From assembly GCA_963851265.1 (NCBI GenBank), contig CAWKNZ010000002.1:1344001-1408000 (forward strand): a stretch of 64,000 nucleotides of DNA. Reading direction: 5' to 3'. Source of the stretch: an uncultured Gemmatimonadales bacterium (GTDB taxonomy: Bacteria; Gemmatimonadota; Gemmatimonadetes; Gemmatimonadales; Gemmatimonadaceae). The notes below the pieces were generated by a model. The model saw only the letters and a program-made list of their open reading frames with translations, was not told the origin of the DNA and made no database searches. The translations under genes were made by a program, and so were the position numbers. This document shows, piece by piece, positions 43,963-54,385 of the stretch; position 1 is the first letter of the stretch, and each line of letters starts with the position of its first letter.

Positions 43963-45024
43963 TTATCCGCGCCCGGCGGAGCCGCGGAGCGCCGGCATCG
44001 TGCGCTCGATCTCGGCCACGATTTCGAGTGCGACGGCGAGCGCCTCGCGCCCGTCGGACCCCGTCACAGCAACGGGCTGCTCGCCCCGCAGCGTCGCGGC
44101 GAAGCTTTCGAGTTCGAGCCGCAACGGCTCCCCCTCCGGCGCGTCCAGCGGTACGCGCTCGACGAACGCCGCGAGGTCGACCGGTCCGGCCGCAACGCCC
44201 GGGGCCGTGCCCGCCCCCCCGGCAAGTCCGGCCGCGATCGCCGCGAAGCTCACGTCGTCGCGCAGGCGAAAGAACTCGCCCGTCCCCGCCGCGAGGTCGA
44301 GAGAGAGGTAGCCACTCTGTTGAAAGATGCGGAGCTTCCGCAACCGGTCGCGTGACACGCGACTCGCCGTGATGTTGGCAACGGCGCCGGACGAGAACGC
44401 GAGGCGCGCGCTCGCAATGTCGACGGTCGGCGTGAGCACGGGAACGCCCGTCGCGCGCACCTCCCGCACACCGCCGCCGACGAACGTCCGCACGAGGTCG
44501 ATGTCGTGGATCATCAGGTCGAGCACCACGGCGACGTCGGACCCGCGCGTCGTGAACGGCGCGAGCCGGTCGCTCTCGATGAACCGCGGCGCGTCGACAT
44601 ACGGGAGCGCGGCGCGCACCGCGCGGTTGAACCGCTCGACGTGTCCCGTCTGCACGGTCGCGCCCGCAGATGCCGCGATCGCGAGCAGCTCGTCCGCCTC
44701 GGCGAGCGTGGTCGTGATCGGCTTCTCGATCAACAGGTGCTTGCCACGAGCGAGCGCCGCCCGCGCGACCTCGAAGTGCGCCGGCGTCGGCACGACGACC
44801 GTGAGGGCGTCCGCCGCGTCGAGCAGCGCGTCGTAGTCGTCGTGCGCGCGCACCCCCAACGCGTCGGCGACGTGCGCGCGCCGCGCCGCGTCGGCGTCGT
44901 AGAACCCGGCGAACCGCACGCCCGGCAGGTCGCGCAGGATCCGGGCGTGGTGATAGCCTAACGCGCCCGCGCCGACCACGCCGAGGCGCGGGCCGCCGTC
45001 GCGTCCCGCGGCCGACCCGCTCAG
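43963..45024 (-). CDS. Gfo/Idh/MocA oxidoreductase (GnnA-like); probable CTG start at 45024 (ORF track start 44979)
   Basis: RLGVVGAGALG-HH Rossmann strand, EKP, GHVERFN, DLMIHDID, TASRVS; lies between lpxA and lpxB. Confidence 0.85.
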   Translation of the reverse strand: MSGSAAGRDGGPRLGVVGAGALGYHHARILRDLPGVRFAGFYDADAARRAHVADALGVRAHDDYDALLDAADALTVVVPTPAHFEVARAALARGKHLLIEKPITTTLAEADELLAIAASAGATVQTGHVERFNRAVRAALPYVDAPRFIESDRLAPFTTRGSDVAVVLDLMIHDIDLVRTFVGGGVREVRATGVPVLTPTVDIASARLAFSSGAVANITASRVSRDRLRKLRIFQQSGYLSLDLAAGTGEFFRLRDDVSFAAIAAGLAGGAGTAPGVAAGPVDLAAFVERVPLDAPEGEPLRLELESFAATLRGEQPVAVTGSDGREALAVALEIVAEIERTMPALRGSAGRG

Positions 45025-45800
45025 ATGCTCACCCCGCGGCCGCTCGACGCGACGAAGTCGAGCAGCGTCCGGACCTCCGGGACCGACATGTCGAGCTCCT
45101 CACGCGCCCGGTTCACGGCCGCGCTGAGCATCAGATCGGACCGGAACAGGAGGCGGTAGGCGCGCTTCAGCTCCAGCAGCGTCGCCTCGCTGAACCCGCT
45201 TCGCTGCAAACCGACCGCGTTCAGACCGTAGAGCTTGATCGGGTTGCCCACGGCCTTCACGTACGGCGGTACGTCCTTCGCGACGCGCGAGCACCCGCCG
45301 ATGAACGCGTGTCGCCCGATCCGTACGAACTGATGGACCGCCGACACGCCCGACACGATCGCCCGGTCCTCGATCGTCACGTGGCCGGCGAGCTGCACGG
45401 CGTTCGACAGGATCACGCCGTCGCCCACGTGGCAATCGTGGCCGAGGTGCACGTACGACATGACGAAGCTGCCCCGGCCGACGGTCGTCCGCTGCGACTC
45501 GGCGGTCCCGCGATTGATCGTCGCGTACTCGCGGATCGTCGTGTCGTCGCCGATCTCGACCCACGTCTCCTCGCCGCGGAACTTCAGGTCCTGCGGATCA
45601 CCGCCTAACACCGTCCCGATCCCGACCTTCACGCGCGCGCCGAGCCGCACGTTACGTTCGAGCGTCGCGCGCGCCGAGAGCACCGACCCCTCGCCGATCA
45701 CGCACCCCTCGCCGACCATCGCCCACGGTCCCACCTCGACGTCAGCCGCGAGCTCCGCTCGCGGATGCACCACCGCCGTACGATCGATCCGAACCGTCAC
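45021..45800 (-). CDS. lpxA: Acyl-ACP--UDP-N-acetylglucosamine acyltransferase
   Basis: Hexapeptide repeats, PQDLKF-GE, IREYATINRGT, HLGHDC, LAGHV, HQFVRIG, DVPPY, GLNAVGL. GTG 45800 overlaps the lpxC-fabZ stop. Confidence 0.95.
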   Translation of the reverse strand: MTVRIDRTAVVHPRAELAADVEVGPWAMVGEGCVIGEGSVLSARATLERNVRLGARVKVGIGTVLGGDPQDLKFRGEETWVEIGDDTTIREYATINRGTAESQRTTVGRGSFVMSYVHLGHDCHVGDGVILSNAVQLAGHVTIEDRAIVSGVSAVHQFVRIGRHAFIGGCSRVAKDVPPYVKAVGNPIKLYGLNAVGLQRSGFSEATLLELKRAYRLLFRSDLMLSAAVNRAREELDMSVPEVRTLLDFVASSGRGVSI

Positions 45801-47161
45801 CGGTCGCGCACCATCGCGGACATGTCCGCCTCGGCCACCACCTCGCCGTCGACCTTCGCAACACCGCGCATCCGGCATACCGGGCCACGCACCTGGACCA
45901 GGTCCAGCTCGAAGCGCAACTGGTCGCCTGGCCGGACGGGACGGCGAAACTTCACGTTGTCGAGTGTCGTGAAGTAGACGACCTTCGCCTCCGGGTCCGG
46001 CAACGATCCGAGCAGCAGCATTCCGCCCGTCTGGGCCATCGCCTCGACGATCAGCACGCCGGGCATGATCGGGTGCCCCGGAAAGTGTCCCTGGAAGAAG
46101 GGCTCGTTGATCGTCACGTTCTTGATCCCGACCACGCGCGACTTGGGCTCCAACTCGACGATGCGGTCCACGAGGAGGAACGGATAGCGGTGCGGGAGCA
46201 CCTTCATGATCTCTTCGATGCCGAGCACGGTCGGTCGTGGCGAGAGCGAGGTGGCGGGTGGGTCGAGCGCCGGCGCGCTCGGGCGCGCGGCGGCGACGAG
46301 CGCGCGAACGAAGCGAATCGTACCGCGATGGCTCGGGCGATGCGCGACCACACGCGCGCGAACTCTGCGTCCCGCGAGCGCCAGGTCGCCCACACAGTCG
46401 AGCGCCTTGTGGCGCACGAACTCGTCGGGCCAGCGGAGCGTGCCGTCGACGACGCTCGTGTCGTCGAGGACGACGGCGTTCGCCGTCGACGCGCCCTGAA
46501 TGAGGCCGCTGGCGCGCAACGCGTCCACCTCGCGCACGAACCCGAACGTGCGCGCCGGCGCGAGTTCCTCCGCGAACGTTTCTGGCGACACGAGGTAAGT
46601 GCCGCGCTGGGCGCCGATCAGCGGGTGGTCGAACGCGATCTCGACGTCGAGCGAGAACGCGGCGGCGGGGTGCGCCTCGTAGACGCTGTCGCCGTACGCG
46701 ACACGCACGGGCGCGTCGAGCTCGAGCCAGTCGACCGCGCCGCCGCTGGCGACGATCCCAGCGGACCGTAACGCCGCGACGAACGGCGCCGCGCTGCCGT
46801 CGAGAATCGGCGGCTCGGCGGCGTCGAGGTCGACGAGAATGTCGTCGATCCCGAGCCCCGCGATCGCGGCCAGCACGTGCTCGACCGTGTGCAGCGCCGA
46901 CTCGCCGGACCCGAGCACCGTATGCCGCTCGCGCTCGACGGCGACGTCGACACGCGCCGGGATCTCCGGCGCTCCCGTGAGGTCGGTGCGCCGAAAGACG
47001 ACGCCCGCGCCGGGCGCCGCCGGCCGAAACGTGATCGTACACGGACGACCGAGGTGGAGCCCGACCCCGCGCAACTCGACCGAACGCGCGACCGTCCGAC
47101 GCGGCTGCGTCGGCGCGGCACGGGACGCTGCGCGCCGTTCGTCCGAACGCGGCGCGGTCAC
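45797..47161 (-). CDS. lpxC-fabZ: Bifunctional LpxC deacetylase / FabZ dehydratase fusion
   Basis: [36 protein letters not shown] (LpxC), then [11 protein letters not shown] and [23 protein letters not shown] (FabZ). Start at GTG 47161. Confidence 0.95.
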   Translation of the reverse strand: MTAPRSDERRAASRAAPTQPRRTVARSVELRGVGLHLGRPCTITFRPAAPGAGVVFRRTDLTGAPEIPARVDVAVERERHTVLGSGESALHTVEHVLAAIAGLGIDDILVDLDAAEPPILDGSAAPFVAALRSAGIVASGGAVDWLELDAPVRVAYGDSVYEAHPAAAFSLDVEIAFDHPLIGAQRGTYLVSPETFAEELAPARTFGFVREVDALRASGLIQGASTANAVVLDDTSVVDGTLRWPDEFVRHKALDCVGDLALAGRRVRARVVAHRPSHRGTIRFVRALVAAARPSAPALDPPATSLSPRPTVLGIEEIMKVLPHRYPFLLVDRIVELEPKSRVVGIKNVTINEPFFQGHFPGHPIMPGVLIVEAMAQTGGMLLLGSLPDPEAKVVYFTTLDNVKFRRPVRPGDQLRFELDLVQVRGPVCRMRGVAKVDGEVVAEADMSAMVRDR

Positions 47162-48267
47162 GCGTCCTCCGCGCTGCGCGCCGCGAGGAGCCGCTCGAGC
47201 GGTCGGAGCATAGCCGCGAGACGAAACAGCGCCGCGTGGGCCCGGAGCGACTCGCGTTGCGGTCGCGCAGGATACCCGCCCCATGTCTCGCCGGCCGGAA
47301 CGTCGCCGAACACGCCGGCCTGCCCCGCCACTCGCGCGCCGCGCCCGATCGTGACGTGTCCGCCAACCCCGACTTGCCCGGCCAGAATCACTCCGTCCTC
47401 CACGTTCGCAGAACCCGCGATCCCGACCTGCGCCATCAGCAAGCAGCGCTTGCCGATTCGGACGTTGTGTCCGACGTGCACGAGATTGTCGATCTTGGTG
47501 CCCGCGCCGATGACCGTGTCACCGACGCTCCCCCGGTCGATCGTCACGTTCGCGCCGATCTCGACGTCGTCCTCGATCACGCAGCGCCCCACGTGCGGAA
47601 TCTTGCGGTGCGCGCCGTCCGCGTAGACGTACCCGAACCCGTCGCTCGCGACGCGCGCGCCGCTGTGCACGATCACGCGCTCGCCTAACACCGCGCCCGG
47701 ATAGAGCGTCACGTGCGGCCGCACCTCGCTCGCGCGCCCCACCTCCACTCCGGCCCCGACGACGGCGTGCGCGCCGATCCACGCGCCGTCTCCGACCGTC
47801 GCGCCCTCGCCGATCGTCGCGTAGGGGTCGACGACCACGTCCGCGCCGAGGCGCGCGCCGGCGCCGATGCAGGCCGTCGGGTGCACACCCGGCACCCGCG
47901 GCCGCGCGGGGTGGAGCGCGCCGAGGAGGGCGAGCACGGCCTCGTGCGGCCGATCGACGACGACGCGCACCGCACCGGGCGCGCCGGGCGCGTCGGCGAG
48001 CGCCGGCGACACGAGCACTACCGCCGCGCGCACTCCGCCAAACGATGGCACGTACCGGACGTCCGCGAGGAAGGTCGCGGCGTCGTCACCGGATTCGGAC
48101 AGCGCGGCGACACGCCGGACGCACACGGGCGTGCCGACATCTGCCTCGGCGACGCGCCCGCCCGTGAGGCGGACGACGTCGTCGAGGGTCAGCGCCGGCG
48201 CGTGCGCGTCGGACAGGTCGCGCGTCGCGCCTGCCGGCCGCGGCGCGGGTTCGGCCGCGTCGGGCAC
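47158..48267 (-). CDS. lpxD: UDP-3-O-(3-hydroxyacyl)glucosamine N-acyltransferase
   Basis: Hexapeptide repeats, [36 protein letters not shown]. Confidence 0.96.
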   Translation of the reverse strand: MPDAAEPAPRPAGATRDLSDAHAPALTLDDVVRLTGGRVAEADVGTPVCVRRVAALSESGDDAATFLADVRYVPSFGGVRAAVVLVSPALADAPGAPGAVRVVVDRPHEAVLALLGALHPARPRVPGVHPTACIGAGARLGADVVVDPYATIGEGATVGDGAWIGAHAVVGAGVEVGRASEVRPHVTLYPGAVLGERVIVHSGARVASDGFGYVYADGAHRKIPHVGRCVIEDDVEIGANVTIDRGSVGDTVIGAGTKIDNLVHVGHNVRIGKRCLLMAQVGIAGSANVEDGVILAGQVGVGGHVTIGRGARVAGQAGVFGDVPAGETWGGYPARPQRESLRAHAALFRLAAMLRPLERLLAARSAEDA

Positions 48268-48294
48268 GGGCGCGCGGAGCTCGATCCGGCGGCC

Positions 48295-48927
48295 TTACGG
48301 CGTGCTGCGCGGGCGCGTCGCGCCGGCGGCCGCGGGCGCCGCGCCGGCGGTCGGACGCGCGGTTGCGCCCGCGCCGCCGGTGCGCGACGCCGCGGCGACC
48401 GTGCGAATGCGCGACAACACCTGGTCCGTCACGTCGAGGCTCTTGTCGGCGGCCAGCATCGGCGAGTTCGGCCCCGACGCGAAGATCATCGAATAGCCGC
48501 CGGTCGTCCGCACGTCCTCGATCGCCTGGCGCACGGTCGTCTCGAACCCGCCCGCGAGCTCCTGCTGCCGGCGGCCGAACCGCTCCTGCAGCGCCTGGTC
48601 CCGCTGCGTGTACTCCTGCTGCTTGGCTTCGAGCTCGCGCTCGCGCGTCTGGCGCTGCGCGGCCGTGAGCGTCGCCTGCGCCTTCTGGTACGCACCCGCC
48701 ATGGCGTTCAGCGAGTCGAGCATGCGCTGATGCTCGGTGCGCATCGCCTGACCCTCGCGCTCGAGCGTCTGCTGCGCGTCGGCGCGACCGGGCACCTGGT
48801 CGAGGACCGAGGCGACGTCGACGTACCCGAACTTCAGCGGCGCCTGCGCCGCGGCCGGGCGGACCGCCGCGGCCGCGGCGGTAAGGACGAGCGCGGCCGA
48901 CGCCGCGCGAACTGTAGAACGCATCAC
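48295..48927 (-). CDS. skp: OmpH/Skp periplasmic chaperone
   Basis: Signal peptide, KFGYVD, Q/E-rich coiled coil, LDVTDQVL; lies between bamA and lpxD. Confidence 0.85.
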   Translation of the reverse strand: MMRSTVRAASAALVLTAAAAAVRPAAAQAPLKFGYVDVASVLDQVPGRADAQQTLEREGQAMRTEHQRMLDSLNAMAGAYQKAQATLTAAQRQTRERELEAKQQEYTQRDQALQERFGRRQQELAGGFETTVRQAIEDVRTTGGYSMIFASGPNSPMLAADKSLDVTDQVLSRIRTVAAASRTGGAGATARPTAGAAPAAAGATRPRSTP

Positions 48928-48964
48928 TCGAAGGGAACGGAGGAGAAACGGCGGGACCGAACGG

Positions 48965-51523
48965 TCAGTACTGGATGTTGCCGAACCGGAAGTGCAGCTG
49001 CCACTTCGGGGCCGGGCGCGTGCCTAACGCCTTGTTGTTGGCGTCGATGTACGCGCGCCGGTCGAAGCCGTACGCGTAGTCGAGCCCGAGGGGCCCGAGC
49101 GGGGTGACGATGCTCGCGCCGACGCCGGCGCCGCGGAACAGGCGCGTCGGGTCGAAATCCGTCGCGCGCGCGTAGCTGTTGCCGGCGTCGAAGAACGTGT
49201 TGAGGTAGAGCTGTTGGTTGAACCGCAGCCCCAGCTCCGCCGTCGACGTGAAGAAGGCGTTGCCGAACGCGTTCCGCCCCGAGCTCGCCGACGTGAGCTC
49301 CGCGTTCGGGTCGAACCCGCGCGGCGTGATCGAGAACTCGGGGTACCCGCGCAGCTGCTGACCGTACTGCACGCCCCCGACCGCGAACGCCTGCTGCGCG
49401 AAGAACGCGCCGGGGTCGCCGATGATCGCACCCCCGCGCCCGGTGAGCCCGAACACGATCTTCTTCGGCTGATCGCCGAGTCCGCCGCCGAACTGCCCGA
49501 GCGTGACGAACGACCCGGCCTGACCCGTGACGCGCTGGAACGTCGTGCGCCCGCCTAACGGACCGCCGTTGAGGTCGAACGTGAGCGCCTGGATCCCGCC
49601 GGCGCTCGGGTACGGCAGATCGATGCGCGTGTCGTGCGTGAAGTCGAACCCGAGCGCCGAACGGAAGCAGTTCTCGAGGCACGTCGTCGTCGAGTACCCG
49701 AGGTTCGCCAGCGTCGACAGGTCCGCGTTGCGGTACGAGGTCGCTTCCGCCGTGTACGACACGCCGAGCGTCGAAAAGAACGAGCCCGGCACCGGAAACC
49801 CGAGCCGAACGCTCGCGCCCGTCGTCACCGTGTTGTCGCCGAAACCCGTGATCGTGTACCGGCTCTGGCGCCGGTAGATGCTCGTCGTCCCAGACACGCG
49901 CGACTTCCGCAGCGCGGGGTCCGTGTACTGCAGCTCGAAGTCGTTGATGTACCGCCCGAAGTTCCAGTTCACCGAGCCGCGCTTGCACTGCCCGAACAGG
50001 TTCGGCTGGTCGACCCCGATGAACCCGCCGACGCCCACGCCCGACCCGCCGACCGACGCGCCGAAGTTGAAGCTCCCAGTGCGCTTCTCCTTGACGCGGA
50101 AGATCACGTCGAGGTCGCCGTTCTCGTTCGCGGTTCGCGTGTCCGGCTGCGCGAGCGGCGTCTCGAAAAAGTTCAGGTTGCCGACGTTCTGCCAGCTGCG
50201 CAGCAAGCGATCCTGGTTGAACACGTCACCGGGCAGGATCACGAGTTGGCGGCGGATGCACTCGTCGGTCGTGTAGTCATTCCCCGCGATCTCGATGCGG
50301 TTGATGATCGCGGGCGTCTTCTCGTCGATCTGCCACCGCAGGTTCACCACCGGCGTCGAGTCCGGTCCCACCTTCGCGCGCTCGACGACCGGCGTCACGC
50401 GCGCGTAGATGTACCCCTCGTTCCGATACGCGCCCTGCACGCGCTCCGTCGCCGCGTCCCAGCGCGCCTGATCGAAGACGTCCTTGTCGGGCGCGCGGAA
50501 CTTGCCGCGGACCACGCCCGCGACGCGCTCCGTCAGCGTCGGACCCGCGCCGTTGAACGGGTAGTACTGCTTCAACTCGTCGGTCGAGAAACGCCGGTTA
50601 TCCGTGATCTCGAAGCGGCCGATCTTGTACTGCGGGCCCTCGCGCACCGTGAGGTCGACGACGGCCTTCCCACGCTCGCGATCGATGATCAGCGTGTCCT
50701 TCAGGACCTGAAAGTCGAGGAGCCCGTTGTTCGCGTACGTCGCCGGCAACCGCTCCGCGACGTCGCCCGAGAACTTGTCCTCGTCGAACGCGCCCTTCCG
50801 CCACCACCAGAACCCTTCGGGCTTGGTCTGCATCGCGCCGACGACCTGATCGGTCGTCAGCTTCTTGTTGCCGTGCACGCGCACGCCCGAGATCGCGAGG
50901 CGGCGTCCCTCGTCGATGTGGAAGACGATTTTGAGGCGGTTGTCCGCGGTGACCGTGCTCTCCGGACGCACCCGTGCGAGGTAGAAGCCGCGGGCCTGAT
51001 AGCTCGAATCGAGGCGAGCCGTCAACCCCGCGACCTTGGACGGGTCGACCGGCGAGCCGATCGGCAGATCCAGCTTGCCGCGCGCCGACCCGAGGTCGCT
51101 CGCCGTGCCCACGACGTCGACGGACTGCAACACGGGGCGCTCGCGCACCGTGAACACGATGGCCGCGCGCCGCCCCGCACCCGCGACCTCGCATCCGACA
51201 CGAACGTCGTCGAACTCGCCGGTCGCGTACAGCCGCCGGATCGCGCCCTGAAGTTGCGGCGTGCCGACCTCCGTCCGGGGCTGGATCCCGATGTCGCCGA
51301 TCGCGGTCGTCGCACTCACGCGCGACAGCCCACGCACGATGACCGTGTCCGGCGCCGCACACCGGGCGGCCGAATCGGCGGGCGCCATGGGCGCGCTCGG
51401 GGCCGTGCCGGCGGGTGCCGCGGGAGTGGGAGTTTGTGCGGCGGCCTGGCCGACCGCCGCTGCGAGCAACGCCGAGATACCGGCCGTGACCGGGGTCGCG
51501 ACGCGAGGAGACACGAAACGCAT
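48965..51523 (-). CDS. bamA: Outer membrane protein assembly factor BamA
   Basis: Signal peptide from ATG 51523, POTRA repeats, barrel with NLFG, YTDP and LRGY, SIVTPLGPLGLDYAYGFD, terminal FRFGNIQY. Confidence 0.93.
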   Translation of the reverse strand: MRFVSPRVATPVTAGISALLAAAVGQAAAQTPTPAAPAGTAPSAPMAPADSAARCAAPDTVIVRGLSRVSATTAIGDIGIQPRTEVGTPQLQGAIRRLYATGEFDDVRVGCEVAGAGRRAAIVFTVRERPVLQSVDVVGTASDLGSARGKLDLPIGSPVDPSKVAGLTARLDSSYQARGFYLARVRPESTVTADNRLKIVFHIDEGRRLAISGVRVHGNKKLTTDQVVGAMQTKPEGFWWWRKGAFDEDKFSGDVAERLPATYANNGLLDFQVLKDTLIIDRERGKAVVDLTVREGPQYKIGRFEITDNRRFSTDELKQYYPFNGAGPTLTERVAGVVRGKFRAPDKDVFDQARWDAATERVQGAYRNEGYIYARVTPVVERAKVGPDSTPVVNLRWQIDEKTPAIINRIEIAGNDYTTDECIRRQLVILPGDVFNQDRLLRSWQNVGNLNFFETPLAQPDTRTANENGDLDVIFRVKEKRTGSFNFGASVGGSGVGVGGFIGVDQPNLFGQCKRGSVNWNFGRYINDFELQYTDPALRKSRVSGTTSIYRRQSRYTITGFGDNTVTTGASVRLGFPVPGSFFSTLGVSYTAEATSYRNADLSTLANLGYSTTTCLENCFRSALGFDFTHDTRIDLPYPSAGGIQALTFDLNGGPLGGRTTFQRVTGQAGSFVTLGQFGGGLGDQPKKIVFGLTGRGGAIIGDPGAFFAQQAFAVGGVQYGQQLRGYPEFSITPRGFDPNAELTSASSGRNAFGNAFFTSTAELGLRFNQQLYLNTFFDAGNSYARATDFDPTRLFRGAGVGASIVTPLGPLGLDYAYGFDRRAYIDANNKALGTRPAPKWQLHFRFGNIQY

Positions 51524-51537
51524 GGGCCGAATATACA

Positions 51538-51599
51538 CAGGCCCGGCACGGCGGATCCGCCGTGCCGGGCCTGCCACCGCGGGGCCGATCTGGCCCCGC
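51538..51599. terminator. 36-bp perfect palindrome plus a second hairpin between clpC and bamA
   Basis: CAGGCCCGGCACGGCGGATCCGCCGTGCCGGGCCTG (51538-51573) and GCGGGGCC-gatct-GGCCCCGC (51579-51599); on - followed by TGTATATT. Confidence 0.55.
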
Positions 51600-51614
51600 C
51601 GTGCCCCACTATCG

Positions 51615-54119
51615 CTAGGCCTTGCTCGTCGTCGTCGGCACGCGGAACTCCAACTTGTCCTTCTCCGCGTTGGTGTCGACTTCGATTTCGTCGCCCTTCG
51701 AGAACTCGCCGAGCAGGATCTTCTCCGAGAGCGGGTCCTCGATGTAGCGCTGGATCGCCCGCTTGAGCGGCCGAGCGCCGAAGTTCTCGTCGTACCCCTT
51801 CGTCACGAGGAACTCGGTCGCCGCCTCCGTAAGCCGGATCGACATCTCCCCCTCGCCGAGGCGCTTGTGCACGTCCCCGAGCATGACGGAGACGATCTGC
51901 GCGATCTGCTCCTTCGCGAGCGGGTGGAACACGATCACGTCGTCGAGGCGGTTCAGGAATTCGGGGTTGAACACGCGCCCCATCTCTTCCTTCACCTTCT
52001 CCTGGATCCGCTCGAAGTTGCGCGAGCTCTCGTCGCCGCGCACGAACCCGAGCGAACGGTTCCTCGTGATGTCCTTCGCCCCCACGTTCGACGTCATGAT
52101 GACGACCGTGTTCTTGAAGTCGATCACCCGGCCGTAGTTGTCGGTGAGGTGACCCTCGTCGAGCACCTGAAGCAGGATGTTGAACACGTCCGGGTGCGCC
52201 TTCTCGATCTCGTCGAGCAGCACCACGCTGTACGGCTTGCGCCGCACCGCCTTGGTCAGCGTGCCCGAGTCCTCGTAGCCGACATAGCCCGGAGGCGCAC
52301 CGATGAGGCGCGACACGGAGAACTTTTCCATGTACTCGCTCATGTCGACCCGCACCAGCGCGCTGTCGTCCGCGAACAGGAATCGCGCGAGCGCCCGCGC
52401 CAATTCGGTCTTCCCGACGCCCGTCGGACCCGAGAAGATGAACGTCCCGATCGGCCGCTTCGGATCCTTGAGCCCCGCACGACTACGGCGAATCGAACGG
52501 GAGATTGCCTTGATGGCCTCGTCCTGCCCGATGACCTGCTTGTGCAGCTCGTCCTCCATGTTGAGGAGTCGTGCGGTCTCGGCCTCCTGCAACCGGGTGA
52601 CGGGGATCCCCGTCCAGCGGCTGACGATGAACGCGACCTCCTCCTCCCCGAGCACCGGCCGGAACGACGCCCGACGCTGCTCGAACTCTTCCTGCTTCTT
52701 ACGGATCTCGCCCTGGAGCTCGCGCTCCTTGTCACGCAGCGACGCCGCCTTCTCGAAGTTCTGATCGCGCACGGCCGCTTCCTTCTCGCCGTTCACGACC
52801 TCGAGCTGCTCCTTGAGCGCGGCCACCTCCGGCGGCGGCGCCTGGTTGGCCAGCCGCGCACGCGCCCCCGCCTCGTCGATGACGTCGATCGCCTTATCCG
52901 GGAGGAACCGGTCGGTGATGTAACGCTCCGACTGCTTCGCCGCGGCGAGGAGCGTCGTGTCCGGGATGGTGACGCGGTGGTGATCCTCGTACTTCCCGCG
53001 GAGCCCCTTGAGGATCTCGACCGTCTCGTCGATCGAAGGCGGATCGACGATCACCGTCTGGAAGCGGCGCTCCAGCGCGCCATCCTTCTCGATGTACTTC
53101 CGGTACTCGTTGAGCGTCGACGCGCCCACGCACTGCAGCTCGCCGCGCGCGAGCGCGGGCTTCAGCATGTTGCTCGCGTCGATCGCGCCCTCGGCAGCCC
53201 CGGCGCCCACGAGCGTGTGCAGCTCGTCGATGAACAGGATGATCTGCTTGTTCTGCGCGATCTCGTTCATCACGGCCTTGAGCCGCTCCTCGAACTGGCC
53301 GCGGTACTTGGTCCCCGCGATTACCGCCGCCATGTCCAGTGACAGCACGCGGTGATCCCGGAGCGAGTCGGGGCACTCGCCGTTCGCGATCAGCTGCGCG
53401 AGCCCCTCGACGATCGCGGTCTTGCCCACGCCCGGCTCGCCGATCAGCACGGGATTGTTCTTCTTGCGCCGCGTCAGGATCTCCATCACGCGCTCGATCT
53501 CCTTCGCGCGACCGATGGTCGGATCCAGCTGCCCCTCCGCCGCCAGCGACGTGAGGTCGCGGCAGAAATGGTCGAGCGCCGGCGTCTTGCTCTTCTTGTC
53601 GCCCTTTGCCGCGGCCGGCTCCTTTTGCGGGCCGTTGCCGCCCTTCTCCGGCGCGCCAGCGGAGCCCTGCGGCGCCTCGTTGCCGAGCAGGCGCAGCGTC
53701 TCCGTGCGCGCCGCGTCGAGGTTCACGCCCGTGTCGGTGAGCACCTGCGCGGCGATCCCCTTCTCCTCGCGCAGCAAGCCGAGCAGCAGATGTTCGGTGC
53801 CGACGTAGGAATGGTTCAGCTCACGCGCCTCGGCCATCGCCAGCTCGAGCACCTTCTTCGCGCGCGACGTGTAGGGGAGGTCCGGCCCCGTCGCCTGCGC
53901 CGCCTTACCCTTCTTGACCGTTTCCTCGATCTTCGTCTGGATCTCGTCGAGGTCGGCGTTGAGGTTTTGAAGCACCGCGGCGGCCACGCCTTCCCCTTCC
54001 CGGATCAATCCGAGGAGGATGTGCTCGGTCCCGACGTACTCGTGGTGGAGGCGTGCGGCCTCTTCTCGCGCCATGGCGAGAACCTTCCGCACGCGCTCGG
54101 TGAAGTTGTAGCCGTTCAT
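51615..54119 (-). CDS. clpC: ATP-dependent Clp protease ATP-binding subunit ClpC
   Basis: Two Clp-N repeats (TEH-LLGL), [11 protein letters not shown] coiled coil, [30 protein letters not shown] 54119 is preceded by GAGGGG. Confidence 0.96.
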   Translation of the reverse strand: MNGYNFTERVRKVLAMAREEAARLHHEYVGTEHILLGLIREGEGVAAAVLQNLNADLDEIQTKIEETVKKGKAAQATGPDLPYTSRAKKVLELAMAEARELNHSYVGTEHLLLGLLREEKGIAAQVLTDTGVNLDAARTETLRLLGNEAPQGSAGAPEKGGNGPQKEPAAAKGDKKSKTPALDHFCRDLTSLAAEGQLDPTIGRAKEIERVMEILTRRKKNNPVLIGEPGVGKTAIVEGLAQLIANGECPDSLRDHRVLSLDMAAVIAGTKYRGQFEERLKAVMNEIAQNKQIILFIDELHTLVGAGAAEGAIDASNMLKPALARGELQCVGASTLNEYRKYIEKDGALERRFQTVIVDPPSIDETVEILKGLRGKYEDHHRVTIPDTTLLAAAKQSERYITDRFLPDKAIDVIDEAGARARLANQAPPPEVAALKEQLEVVNGEKEAAVRDQNFEKAASLRDKERELQGEIRKKQEEFEQRRASFRPVLGEEEVAFIVSRWTGIPVTRLQEAETARLLNMEDELHKQVIGQDEAIKAISRSIRRSRAGLKDPKRPIGTFIFSGPTGVGKTELARALARFLFADDSALVRVDMSEYMEKFSVSRLIGAPPGYVGYEDSGTLTKAVRRKPYSVVLLDEIEKAHPDVFNILLQVLDEGHLTDNYGRVIDFKNTVVIMTSNVGAKDITRNRSLGFVRGDESSRNFERIQEKVKEEMGRVFNPEFLNRLDDVIVFHPLAKEQIAQIVSVMLGDVHKRLGEGEMSIRLTEAATEFLVTKGYDENFGARPLKRAIQRYIEDPLSEKILLGEFSKGDEIEVDTNAEKDKLEFRVPTTTSKA

Positions 54120-54199
54120 GGTTCCCCTCGGTTCCGGATGGGAGCTCGCGTACGAGAGCTTCCGGGTGGACCCGCCCGGTTCGGCGCTTCGACCCACAG

Positions 54200-54215
54200 T
54201 GCGACGGTCGTGCCG
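54200..54215 (-). promoter_or_regulatory. Candidate sigma54 promoter upstream of clpC
   Basis: Minus strand CGGCACGACCGTCGCA has GG-N10-GC spacing and two mismatches to TGGCACG-N4-TTGCA, about 80 nt upstream of the ATG. Confidence 0.38.
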
Positions 54216-54385
54216 GCGGGCGAATGCCCGTGCGACGTGCCGCGCCCACGAGACGCACAGCAACTACTGCACGGAACATACAGCCCCGATCGACTCGTCG
54301 CGCATCGGACGTTCGGCGGAGCGGCGCACCGGGGTTCACCCGAGCGCCGACCCATCGTCGCGCCGCCGCTACTGCGGACGGCGCG

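Noticed and set aside
45801..47366. Long N-terminal extensions in the ORF track (lpxA 781 aa, mcsA 545 aa, threonine synthase-like 630 aa, gpsA 513 aa, GT2 688 aa, GT4 679 aa)
   Set aside because: The extensions overlap upstream genes in another frame. Real starts are at stop/start overlaps or SD-preceded ATGs.
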